DNA of 64,000 nt from Antechinus flavipes (Eukaryota), in NCBI RefSeq assembly GCF_016432865.1, contig NC_067400.1:632834001-632898000 (forward strand). The letters run 5' to 3'. Position numbers and translations under genes: made by a program. The stretch's first letter is position 1; each line of letters opens with the position of its first letter. The notes under the pieces were generated by a model. That model made no database searches. It worked only from the letters and a program-made list of their open reading frames with translations, and had not been told where the DNA came from. Below are positions 36,530 to 48,600 of this stretch, piece by piece.

Positions 36530-39500
36530 ATGCTCACCCTGGAGGCTGCGCAGTAAGTGAGGACCCCCGGGCTCGGGCTGGCGGCCTGGCCCTTTCTGGC
36601 CCTCTCTGGCCCGTGCCCCGCCCCCATGCTGCCTCCCCCTCTCCGCCCCAGCCTCCGGGGCCCTCCTGGTTCCTGGGTCTGCGAGTCTGCTGCTCGCGCT
36701 CTCTTCTCTGGCTCTCCCACTCTCTCTCTCTTTCCCTCCTTCCCTCCCTCCCTCTCCTTCTCCCTTCCCTTCCCTCCCTTTTTCTCCCTTCCTTCCCTCC
36801 CTCTTTNNNNNNNNNNNNNNNNNNNNNNNNNNNNNNNNNNNNNNNNNNNNNNNNNNNNNNNNNNNNNNNNNNNNNNNNNNNNNNNNNNNNNNNNNNNNNN
36901 NNNNNNNNNNNNNNNNNNNNNNNNNNNNNNNNNNNNNNNNCTCCCTCTTTCTCCCTTCCCTCCCTTCCCTTCCCTCCCTCCCTCCCTCTTTCTCCCTTCC
37001 CTCCCTCCCTCCCTCTCCCTCCCCTCCCTCTCCCGCTCTCACCTTTCCCGATCTCCTGACCCGACTGTCCCCTAGGTCTCCATTTGGCCCCGTTACTTTC
37101 CCCGGGTTGGGGCAGTTCCTCCCCCGCCCCCCACACTTTCTCTCCCACTTTCACTAACCGGCCCCGCCCCCACCCAGCCAGCCCTCTCCCACCTCAGCCT
37201 GTGCCCATGCAAATCTCCCCGGGATATTTCCGTGCAAGGCTCCCCCTGCCCCCTTCCTGTTGGGCTGGGCCCGGGGTGGGGGAGGGCAGGGCCGGGCTCA
37301 CCCCCTCTATTTGCAGCCCCGGGCGCCAGCCTCCAGCTCGGCCCCTCCGCAGGCCCCCAGTCTCCCAACTCCCCGCAGGATAAAGCCCGAGCCCGGGAAG
37401 TTCTGTCGGGCGGGAGTCTGGCGAGGATGCGGAGCCGGGACCCGAGGGGCGGATGGCGGGGCGCGGGAGCGAGAGCCGCGCGGGGCCTGGGGTACGCCGG
37501 CCGTGGGAGGGGGAACCAAAGGGTGCCGGGAGGACGTGGAGATGCGGGGAGGGGCGCAGGCTCCGGAGGGAAAGTGAGGGACGGGGACGGGCTGGGGGCG
37601 TGGGGGAAGGGAGCGACCGGTGCACTGGGGGAGGGGCGGGGGTGCAGGACCCGAGCGCCCCCGCCCCATCCCACCGTTCTCTGCTCTCGCCAGGTTGGAG
37701 GATTCCCAGTTTTCCTGCCAGGTAAGTTGATCTCGCACCCAGTGTCTGCCCATCCCATCTCGGGAGGACTCCTGCCCTCTCTCCCTCCCTCCCTTGCGGC
37801 TCCGCCAGCTACCCACCGTCCCCCCGCCCCCGCCCCCGCCTCCCGCTTCTCTCCTAATGGGGAGGGTGGCGTCCTGGGGCCGGTGGGCGCACCCGTGACC
37901 CTCCCGTGCCCTCCTCAGTACTCAGATGGGGTCTTCTACGATCTGGACAGCGGCAAGCCCCCGAGCTACCTGGAGCCCGAAGGCATGGTGGGTAAGTGCG
38001 CCCCGACCCCGGCCGCTGACCACCTGCGTTCTGGGGACCTAGCCCGCCCCTCCCCCCCCCCCCACTTTCCTCCACGCCCTTGGTCCCTGGCCAAGAAGTT
38101 CATTCTACTCACTTCTTCCTATGGCCTTTCCTCTCCCCTCCCCAGCCCCTTCCCCTCCCTCTGTGCCCCCATTTATTTCATCCCCATCACTCCCCCTCCA
38201 GGGACCTGTCGATAGCCCTTCCCCTCCCCACATATGCAAATGCTGCAGGCCGGGCGCTCCTCCCTCCCCACAATCACCCCTTTGTGCCAGGGCCCGGGGT
38301 GCCCGGCGGCCGGCTCAGGGCGCCCTTCCTGCCTTCCCAGACTCCCTGTGGGGCTGGACAGAGCCCCCACCCAGCCTGGCTCCGGCCTACGAGCCCTTCG
38401 ACCCCTCGGCGGCCTCCCTTGGCCAACTGCAGGGCGTCCAGCTCTCCTATCTGCCCGTGGGCTACGCCCCCGGGGGGCAGTTGGAGCCGGCCCCGGGCTC
38501 CGGGCTCGGCGCCTACCCCGAGGAGGACTTCAGGGGGCAGGTGAGGGGCAGGGAGCTGGGGAGGCCGCTCGGGCGGCCGGAGAGCAGGGACGGGGCCGAG
38601 CCCCCGAGACCCTCCTCGGGTCCCAGCAAATGGGGGGGGCGGCTCAAGGCTCTGGGAGAGGGAGGGGAGGGGGGCTTCCGGGGCTTGGGGAGGAGGGGGA
38701 GGGGAGCCGGGGGCCCACCAGCTCTGCCCTGCCCCCTCTCTGCTCCCAGTCGCAGGCCCCGTTCGCCCCCTTCCCCAGCCCGGGCTTGTCTGAGGATGAG
38801 GAGTTCCCGATGGACAGCCCAGCCCTGGAGGTGTCCGACAGCGAGGCGGAAGAGGGCCTGGCGGCTGCAGGGGAAGGCAGGGGAGCCGATGCAGGTAAGG
38901 GGGTGCTGTACATGGAGGGGGCAGGAGGGGGAGGGGAAGGGGCTGGTGCAGGTGGGGGGGTGCTGTACATGTGGGGGAGGGGAGCCGGTGCAGGTAAGGG
39001 GGTGCTGTACATGTGGGGGAGGGAGCAGGGGGAGGAGGGGGCGGGCAGCTATGCAGGCATGCTGGGAGGGGCTGACTCTCTGGGACCACGCCCCCTCTGA
39101 GTCGGAGGGCCCGGACCCAGAAGCAGTGAGCCCCCGTCCTACGTCTCAGCCCGCCCAGCCCACCGCCTGCTAACTCAGGGAACTGTTCCTGCGGCCAGCC
39201 TCCGTCGGCTCTGTCCCCTGGGCCCCGGTTCTTCCCCGGGGGCCAAACAATAAAACTAAGCCCGACGCCTGCTGTTGTTCCGGGGACGCTGCCCCCGTCA
39301 GCGCCCCCTCCCCGGCCCCGGGACCTCGGGCCCCCTCCCGGGCTCTCCCACCAGGACGTGTCCCTGCGGCTCCTTCTGGCTAGAACTCTGGGCGGGGCGG
39401 GGGAGACCGGGCAGAGTGGGAAGCAAAGCTGGAACAGCGCGGAGGGCTGCCCGCAGCCTCTCCGTTTAGCGGGTCACTCGACTTTGGCGTCTATTAAGCC

Positions 39501-39912
39501 GGAATAACCGGTCACCTGGGCCCCCGAGTCCCGGCCGGCGCCCCGTGTTCTCCCAGCCTTGGGCCGGGCAGGGGGGCCTCTCCCCGGGCGCCAGCCACCC
39601 TGCCCTCCCCTTCCAGGTGCCCGGAAGAAGCTGCGCCTCTACCAGTTCCTGCTGGGGCTGCTGACGCGGGGGGACATGCGGGAGTGCGTGTGGTGGGTAG
39701 AGCCGGGCGCCGGCGTCTTCCAGTTCTCCTCCAAGCACAAGGAGGCGCTGGCCAGGCTCTGGGGCCAGCAGAAGGGCAACCGCAAGCGGATGACCTACCA
39801 GAAGCTGGCGCGGGCCCTGCGCAACTACGCCAAGACGGGGGAGATCCGCAAGGTCAAGAGGAAGCTCACCTACCAGTTCGACAGCACCCTGCTGACCCCC
39901 CGGCGGGCGTGA
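36530..39912 (+). CDS. SPIB: ETS-family transcription factor Spi-B, 254 aa
   Basis: Exons 36530-36552 (MLTLEAAQ), 37694-37721, 37919-37991, 38341-38540, 38750-38894, 39617-39912 (765 nt). PEST region [11 protein letters not shown]; ETS domain [41 protein letters not shown]...[18 protein letters not shown] at 40942-40947. Confidence 0.97.
36807..36940. other. Assembly gap (N run) inside a CT-rich tract in SPIB intron 1
   Basis: 134 Ns. Confidence 1.
37207..37214 (+). promoter_or_regulatory. Octamer element in SPIB intron 1 (candidate B-cell promoter 2)
   Basis: Perfect ATGCAAAT followed by the NF-kB-like GGGATATTTCC; a second perfect octamer lies at 38234-38241. Confidence 0.55.
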
Positions 39913-39924
39913 GGGGCCCTGCGC

Positions 39925-40080
39925 CACAGCCCGAGGGTCCCGCGCCCCGGGGGAGCCCCCCCTGCGGCCCGAGGGTCCCGCGCCCCAGGGGAGCCCCCGC
40001 TGCGGCCCGAGGGTCCCGTGCCCCGAGGGAGCCCCCGCTGCGGCCCGAGGGTCCCGTGCCCTGAGGGAGCCCCCCACCGT
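39925..40080 (+). repeat. About 33-bp GC-rich tandem repeat in the SPIB 3' UTR
   Basis: GCCCGAGGGTCCCGCGCCCCGGGGAGCCCCC repeated 4-5 times. Confidence 0.85.
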
Positions 40081-41740
40081 GGCCCAGAGAGCTGTACCAG
40101 GGATCCCCCTCCAACCCTGAAAGGGCATCCCTGGCACCCCAGCTACTCCTTGGCACGGGGAGGGGAGGCTGAAACAGCCCCCTTCCCATCCGGGCTGAGG
40201 GAGCCGGCGCCAGTGTGCCCTGGCCCCGGATGGGCGAGTCCAGGGTGGGGGGGCAGGACGACTCAGCCCGACAAGCTCTGGGACTGTGGGGGGCCACAAG
40301 GGCCCCTGATCCAAGCACCTTCACCCCTGAGCCTCCCAACCCGGGCTGGACCCTCCTCCCTCCTCTCCCCCTCCATATCAGCATTGAGGCCCCAGGCCCT
40401 GGGACATCGCAGGGGGGGGAGGGGGGGTCCGCCGGGCCAGAGAGGAGGTGTTGGACCGGAGGGGTGGGAGGGGAGCAACGGGGGGACACACGCTCCAGGC
40501 GGACTCGGATTCGCGTCCCGGCTCTCCAGCCCTGACCTCCCCTGCCTGCCTCCTTTTTCAGCCACGGGGGTCCCCGGCAGCCTCAGTTTCCCCATGTGAA
40601 AAGGAGGACTTCCCCTGCCGCTCCCAAGTCTCCCTTGTGTGACCCTCTCTGTGCCTCAGGAGGGCCTAAGTTATTAGATGCCCCCAGCGGGGTGCGGGCT
40701 GTCCCTGAGGGCGAGGAGCACCCTCCGTCTGGGCGCTGGAGCACTCCCAAGTCTGAGCCCGGGGCCCCCCTCCTCCCTGGGTCGCCGGGTACAGGCCCTA
40801 CCCTTTGTCCCGAGAGCCCCTGTAGAGAAGGGCGGCCAGTCTCGGGCAGCCAGGACTGTGGGGCCGGCCCGGGAGCTGCCCCTGCCCCTGCCCGCCAGGG
40901 CCTCGGGGCCGCGGCTCACCCTGCACTCGAGGAACTTTGCAAATAAAACACGATGAACACTCTCGAGCCTGGGGTGTCGCTTTGGGGAACAGCCTGGGCA
41001 AGCCCCAGCGCTCGGGGGGGGGGGTGGGGGGCACCAGGGCGCTCGTCCCTCTGCCCTGTCTGACCCATGACCCGCGAGGACCAGGGGTGGGCGCCACTAC
41101 TGAGGCAAGCAGCGGAAGGGACTTGTCTCACGGCCAGGGCGGGTCTGAGGCCGGGTTTGAGCCACACCCGCTGCACCCGGAGCCCCTTGGCCCCAGAGCC
41201 ATTTCTAGCTCTTTCTCCGGTGACCCCCACCCCTACGGGGGTCTCTGGCCCAGAAATTCTAGCGCTGCTGAGCTCCCAGCCTGTGTCTCCCTGATCCTGC
41301 TCCTGGAGATCCCGCCTCAGTCTTGGCCCTCACTCTTTCCTCCTTCCTCCCTCTGTTCCTCCTGCCTGCTCTCTTCCTCTCTCCCCCTCCATTCCATCTC
41401 CTCCTCTCCGCTCCCTCTTCCCCTCCCTTTCCCTCCCTTTCTCATTCCTCCCTTTCCCCTTTCTTCCCTTCCCCTCCCCCTCCTCTCTTCCCCTCCCTTT
41501 CCCACCCCTTTCCTTTCTTCCCTCCTCCTCCCCTCCCCTCTCCCTCCCCTCTTCTCCCTCCCTTTCCCACCTCTTCCCCTCCTCTCTCCCTCCCCTCTTC
41601 TCCCTCCCTTTCCCACCCTCCCTCCTCTCCATCTCTCCATCCCTCTCCTGTTCTCCCCTCGCTCCCAGGCTCCTCTGCTTCCCTTCCCACCCTTGCTCGC
41701 CCCCCCATCCCCACCCAGAGAGAGTCTGCCCAGAGACCGA

Positions 41741-41770
41741 TGACGTCACGGAGCACGCCACCTTGGATTG
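41741..41770. promoter_or_regulatory. CRE palindrome plus inverted CCAAT upstream of MYBPC2
   Basis: TGACGTCA at 41741-41748 and GATTGG about 20 bp downstream, roughly 900 bp upstream of the MYBPC2 ATG. Confidence 0.4.
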
Positions 41771-42647
41771 GTCAAAGGCCCCGCCCGTTCTAGTGAAAGT
41801 TAAATGGGACTTTGGGTTTCTTTGGCTTCCCTTTGTTTTGTTTTGGGGAAGGCGGCCCCGGCTTGGGCCAGCCCCCGCAACTCTGCCCCTGCCCCCTGCG
41901 TGCTGGGCTGGCGGCCCTCCCTGCCACTTTCTCCGGGGCAGCCGGGGGCGGGAGCCAGGGCCGGGGCGCCTAGGCCAGGTGGCCGGACCACCGCAGCTGG
42001 CCTGGGATAAAAGGGCCGGGTGGGCCGTGGGGAAAGCCTGCGTTCACGTCCCGCTGGAGAAAGCGGGCTCCCCCACACAGAGGCCCCCTGGGCTGCCGGC
42101 CCTCCTCACTCTCCTGGGGAGACCTGCCCCTGCCCCCCGAGCCGGCCGGAGCTCGTTCCCGGCGTCCAATTTCTCTGAAGATCCCTGACTTGCAGAAAGC
42201 TGGGGCTGGGCCCCCCGGTCCTCTCCCCTCCAGAGACCAGGCCCGATGCCCTAACTTCCACCCCCTCGAGGCCCCAGTTGTCCTGGTCTCCCAGCCCTAC
42301 CCCCTAGCAAATAACCTGCTCCCGCAGCTCCCAAAGAATAGGACCGTCCCCTTCCTGAGGCCTCCCACAGAGTCCCAGGTGTCCGGACCCACAAAGCCCT
42401 CCCCCCTTCCCCTCCCCTTGCCTCAGAAACCAGAGTCTTGTGGCCTACGCCAGGAGCCCGGAGCCAGCCCCCCCCCCCCAGCTGTTATTTCTCGCCCTTT
42501 AGAGAACGCCTGGGGAATTCGGAGGGGGTGGGGAGGGGGAGCTGAGTCAGGCGTCTCCGGGGGCCTCCAGCCTCCTTAAAACCCTCCCCGGCCACCCAGC
42601 CTGGGCCCCGCTGTCTCAGGAGGGTTCCCGACCGGCCACAGACTAAG

Positions 42648-45600
42648 ATGCCCGTGCCCAAACCAGGTGGGGACGCCCAAGCTCTTCCCGAAGGGGACAC
42701 AGGCAGGGGTCTGCTCCAGCCCGGGGTCAGCAGTCAAGGGGGGAGGGAGCGAGGAGTACCACAGCGGTCTGGGGGAGGGAGATGGCCAAGGGCAGAGAAA
42801 GGAAGTCTGGGATTAGGGGAGGTTGGGGACTGAGGAGTGGAGAGGCCCCCTTCACCCCCCCTCTCCCACTCTTCCCCCCCCCCCCGCTAGGATGGGGGGG
42901 TTGGGGACTGACGAGTGGAAAGGGGCCCCGAAGCTAGGATGGGGGAGGGCTCCTTGGGTATGGGGAGTGGTAGACTAGAACTGGAGGAAAAAACCGGGTA
43001 CTGGGAGGGGGGCTCCGTGCATAAGGAATGGAAGGAAAAGGAGCCCTGGAGCTGGCATGGGGAGGGAGCCCCCGAGGAGGAGGGGAAGGCTCCCCATCAG
43101 GAACAGGGAGCCCCCTCGCACTCCGCAGGAGAAGGGGGTCCGAGCAGTGCTGGCAGAGAGTGCTTGGGTGGGTCCCGAGGGCTGGGTGCTGGGTGCTGAG
43201 CTCAGCGCAGGGGTGTCCAGTTACCTGACCCCAGATAAGCTAATTATACCCCAGGCCAGCCCATCCGAAAAAGGTCAAGAGCAGTTGGCCTGGGCTTGGG
43301 GGAGGTGAGGAGGGAGCAGAGGCTTTATTTAGGGGGATCCTGCTGGCCCTGCCCTCTGTCCCCGGAGGATGGGAGAGGAAGTGAGGGGAAGCAGGTGTCT
43401 GGGGGGAGGGGCACGAAAACGTCTGAGCCGTGCAGTCCTGGGTGCCGGGGGACAGCTGGAGGGAGGGGCTCCACTCGGCACCACGGGGTCCTTGAGGGCA
43501 CGAGGTACAGGGGACCAGGACTCCGGGGTGACCATGCCCCCTCCCTCCTCCCCACAGCTGCCAAGAAACCCGCTGCCAAAGCTAAGGATGCCTCCAAAGA
43601 GCCTGCCCCTGCCAAGGAGGCCCCTGCCAAGGAGGCTCCAGCTGCACCCCCCAGTGGTGAGGCCCCCCCAGGGCTGGGCCTGCCCTCCAGATGTCTGCAG
43701 ACCTCAGCTCCTTCTGGTTTCCCTGCAATTGCCTCTCCTCTCTGTTCTAGACTCCTCAGACTGCCACCTCTGTTCCTCATCCTCCTTTTCCCAGACTCCC
43801 TCTGACTGGGGGCGGGGGGCTGGCTCCCCTTCTGGTCCCTGGGCTTCTCAGATCTTTATCAGGGAATCTCTGTCTTCTGATCCTCCTTTCTCAGAACCCC
43901 CAAACTTTGGGGATCCCACTCCTCATGCTTCTTCCTATTCCTGAGCCCCCCGGACCTATGGGAACCAAGTTGTTCTGGGTAGTGGGACCCCAGACTCCAT
44001 CTCACCTGCAGGGGGACCGCGCTGTGATCAGGAAGACTTGGGTTCTGAGCTTCCTGCAGATGCTTGGCACCGGTGGGACTCTGAATGCCTCTCTGGGTCT
44101 CGGTTTCCCCATCTGTAAAATTAGGGGGTTCCTGGCCTTTGAAGGGCTCGGATTCTTTGATGCAGCTTTCCCCAGCTTCCAGATATCTGAGCTCTGTCCT
44201 CCCTTCCTCCCCTTTCCTTGCACCTAATTCTGTGGAGACCCAGCAGACTCGGGTGAGTGTGGAGCAAGGACATGAAGAGCCACCTCTTGGATAAAAAGGC
44301 CACTGGGTGCCCGCTTCAAGCTGGGAGAGGGGGGGTCTGTGCCCCTGACAAAGACCCCCTCGGCTTCTCCATCCCAGAATGCAATGAGGGGCTTCAGGCA
44401 GCCGGGGAGCCCTGGCCGTCTGTCCAGGAGTGGCCCATTGGACGCCACTCACTGTCCTGCCTTCCCACCCTCTGCTTTTGGAATCTACTCTAGCTGCCAC
44501 ATCCAGGAATCCCCTCATCTCCCTTTCCCTTCATCTAACTCCTCCCCCTCTTCTTTTCTCCCTCAAACCCCTTCCCCTCCTCCTCTTCTTTCCATTTCCC
44601 CTCCTCCAGTCTTTCTCCCTTCCCCTAGTCCCCCAGTATTCTAGTCTCTCCTCATCCCCCTCCTCTGATCCTCCTCTTTGACTCCCTCTCCTTCGCCATT
44701 CCTCCTCCATCTCTAGCTGTCTGCCACGGTGATCTGATACTTAATTGTGTAATAACTTCTGCCCTCATTATTAGCAAAGTACTCCATGATCCAAGGATTA
44801 AGGCAGGAGGATCCAAGAGGCCAATTCAGGTTCGAAGTCAGGAACGGCTTCCTCACAATTAGAGATAACCAAGGAAGGTAGTGAGCTCCCCATCACCAGA
44901 GGGTCTTCAATATGTGGAATGGCTGCCGAGCCCATCTGATCTTGCATTTGAGCTGTAGTCCCTGCTCCATCGCAGACAAAAGCCACCTGGAGACTGGCCG
45001 GGGTAGTTTTTGTCTTTGTAGCCTCTGAGTCACCTTGTAGCGATTTTGTATCCATTTCTACACAGCAGAACCTATACTTTGTAGCGATTTTGTATCCATT
45101 TCCACACAGCAGAACCTACCCTTTGTAGCGATTTTGTATCCATTTCCACACAGCAGAACCTACCCTTTGTAGCGATTTTGTATCCATTTCCACACAGCAG
45201 AACCTACCCTTTGTAGCGATTTTGTATCCATTTCCACACAGCAGAACCTACCCTTTGTAGCGATTTTGTATCCATTTCCACACAGCAGAACCTACCCTTT
45301 GTAGCGATTTTGTATCCATTTCCACACAGCAGAACCTATACTTTGTAGCGATTTTGTATCCATTTCCACACAGCAGAACCTACCCTTTGTAGCGATTTTG
45401 TATCCATTTCCACACAGCAGAACCTATACTTTGTAGCGATTTTGTATCCATTTCTACACAGCAGAACCTACCCTTTGTAGCGATTTTGTATCCATTTCCA
45501 CACAGCAGAACCTATACTTTGTAGCGATTTTGTATCCATTTCCACACAGCTGAATGGGAAGCTGTTGCCCTGGGTTACTTTGTATCAATCCAGAAACATC

Positions 45601-48600
45601 GTTGAGAGGGCTCTGAGCCGGGGCTGACCTGGTGCTTGTTGGCTGGTGGATGGAAACTGGGGGTCAGAGAAGGCCAGGAGCATTATTTTAGGAAAGGGGA
45701 AAATAAGGCTCAGTGAAGGTCGGAGGCCCATTCTCATTCTTCAAAGGAGGGAACTTAGGCAAGAGTGGACCAGGGATTTGTCCACTCTCTTCCCCAGTAC
45801 CCCTCCACCCCTTCCTCTACAGAAGAGTGTCTAGAGAGACCCAGTCTTATTCAGATTCAAATTCCAAGTCACCTTCCCTCTTAATTAATTCCTACCTGTG
45901 GAGGACATACTTGCTATATTTGTTTGCATATTGTCCTTCTCACCCCCAACCTACCAGTCAGCTCTTTGGGACCTGTTTTTGCATCCCTGGCCCTTGGCTG
46001 ACACATAGGAGGTGCTCAGTGTTTACCGACAGCCTCCCAGACCACTGGGCAAGGTGAGGGAGGGAGGTGTGGTCCTGAACCCTCCGCCAGTTCTCAGGAA
46101 CTGCCTCAAAGTAACCTTGCTCCCCCACCCCCTGCTCTCGGGCCAGCCCTGACTCAGACTGAGAGGCCCATTTATAACCCGAACCCTCCTAACCTTCTAG
46201 CAGAGGCTCCCCCTGAGGACCAGTCGCCCACGGCCGAGGAGCCCGCGGGGATCTTCCTGAAGAAACCGGAGACTGTGTCTGTGGAGGCAGGTGAGGAGGC
46301 CGAGTTCCCTGGGGAGGCCTCGGGCTTGGATCCCAGAGGGAAACCGAGGGCCTGGAAATCCAGGGGCCGGGACAGCCCGGGGGGAGGGGAGGTTGAGGTT
46401 CCCTGGGGGAGCCTTGAGGGGAGCTGCGATTTTAGAGATGGGGTCTGGGAGGCAGCAGCCTGGACCCCTCCCCGCCCGGATGTGCCCCTCAGGGGGTGAA
46501 GACCTTGGACCCCTGATGGTCTGCTTAACCCCCTTTCCCGCGGGCCCCAGGGAAGGACGTGGTGATCACCGCCAAGGTGAATGGGAAGGAGCTCCCCGGA
46601 AAGCCGGTCATCAAATGGTTCAAAGGAAAGTGGTTGGAACTGGGCAGCAAGAGCGGGGCCCGATTCGGCTTCAAGGAGACCCATGATGCACAGAGCAATG
46701 TGAGGCTGGTGGGGAGGGCTGGGGGGCCGGGCTGCAGGAGTGACAGAGAGCAGCGGGGAGGGCCGGGGGCGGGCAGCAGAAGTGATGGAGATGGGGGGTA
46801 GGAGGCCCGTCCGAGGCCAGCTCCCAGCCCTGGCTGCCCCCCTTTGCTGTGTGGTCTTGGCCACGTGTCCGAGGCTTCCTTTCCCCCCGGCACGGGGTTG
46901 GCAAACCGGCAAACCCACAGCACTGGGCTCCAGAGGAAACAACTCGCTTTCTCTCCCTGGGCTGCTTCCTCCTCCTCAGTGTAAAAATAAAATAAAAAAG
47001 GGCTTCCCAGGTGTCCCTGGGCGAGCCTGGGGGTCACCGGACGAGGCGGCGTCTTTGCCGGGAGGGGGAGTTCGGCTGGGCGGGCCACCTCCAAGCCTTG
47101 GCTCAGCTGCCCCTTCGCCGCCTCCTGGCCTTCTTGGCTCTGCCCCGAGCACTGGTGGGGGACGGTAACCTTTCCCCTCTGTGCCTGTCACTTGGGACGT
47201 TGTGGCAGCCTCCCAGGAAGCCCTGGGGCAGAGTCTACCTCGGAGACCCCGTAGTCAGAGTGACCCTGGGCCAGTCACCTCATGTCAGCGCTGGAGGTCA
47301 CTCTCTCGCAGAGAAGGTGCCAGCCTCCCCTCCAGGGAGAGGAGGGGGCCCCACGTGGGGGGGATGCTGAGCTCTGCCCCCCCCCCAGGTGTACACGGTC
47401 GAGCTGCATATTGGGAAGGTGGTGGTGGGGGACCGAGGGGACTACCGGTGCGAGGTCAAGGCCAAGGACGCCTGTGACAGCTGCAGCTTCAACATCGATG
47501 TGGAAGGTGCCGAGTCCTGGGCCGCGGGGAGGTGAGGGTGGGGGGAGGGGGGCGGGGATGCAAGGAGCTCAGGGGAGGGGCAAAGGAGGCCCCCACTCAC
47601 TGGCCTCCCCTCCCCTCCCCAGTCCCCAGTCAAGAAGGCGGAGGCGACAACATCCTGGAAAGCTTCAAGCGCTCGTGAGTGATGTGCCCCCATCCCTCCT
47701 CCCTCCTGTCCCTCCTGTCTCTCCACTCGCTCTGCCCAGGGGGCAAGGGCCTGTCAGAGGGGAGGAGGCCCCAAGAGGAGGGGAATCCCAGAGCCGGGGC
47801 CTGCGGGGATACTGAGGCCTGGAATTCCCATCAGGCCTGGCAGCGGGGTGGCCCTGGACAAGGCCCTTAATCCCATGTCCTCCTCTGTAAAATGGGTACA
47901 ATCCAAGCCAATCTCTCCCTCCCTCCGGGGACTACTGAGGATAAAAGGAGTCCTGTTTTCTAAGAACAAAGCCTCTAACAGTCTGCTCCCTTGGCAGAGG
48001 AGAGGGCAAGCCTGAAGATGCCGGGGAGCTGGACTTCAGCGGGCTTTTAAAGAAGAGGTGAGCCCCCACAGGCCCCTGCTCCTGTTCTGCCTGCCCAGGG
48101 CTGGGGTGGCAGTGACCCCCCCACCAGTCCTAGGAAGCTCATCTGTCAGCCCTTGGCCTGGTCCTCCCCTCCCCTCTCCCCCCTGCCTCCCTCCCCTCTC
48201 CCATCCTCCTCCCCACTTTCCCCTCCCCTCCCCTCTCCCCTGCCTTCCTCCCCTCTCCCACCCTCCTTCCCACTCCCCCCCCCCCCCCGCCACGAGCTGC
48301 CCCTGAGCCTCTGAGCCTCCCGGCTCCAGGGAGGTGGTGGAAGAGAAGAAGAAGAAGAAGAAGGACGACGATGACCTGGGCCTGCCCCCCGAGATCTGGG
48401 AGCTGCTCAAGGGGGCCAAGAAGAGCGAGTACGAGAGGATCGCCTTCCAGTACGGCATCACCGACCTGCGGGGGATGCTCAAGCGCCTCAAGAAGGCCAA
48501 GGTGGAGGTTAAGAAGAGCGCAGGTCAGAGCAGGGGATGGCCCGGGAGGGGGGAAACAGCTGGAGGGGGAAATGGCTGGGGAGGGGGAAACAGCTGGAGG

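Noticed and set aside
39735-39765. ARLW instead of ARRW in the Spi-B ETS domain
   Set aside because: ARLWG is the normal sequence in several other ETS proteins, so it is unlikely to be functionally remarkable.
45035-45550. CRISPR-like regular array
   Set aside because: The units are directly adjacent with no unique spacers, there are no cas genes, and the context is a eukaryotic intron.
46917-46932. CAGCACTGGGCTCC matching the SNORD88 guide as I recall it
   Set aside because: No C or D boxes or terminal stem; the context looks like a MIR-derived fragment.
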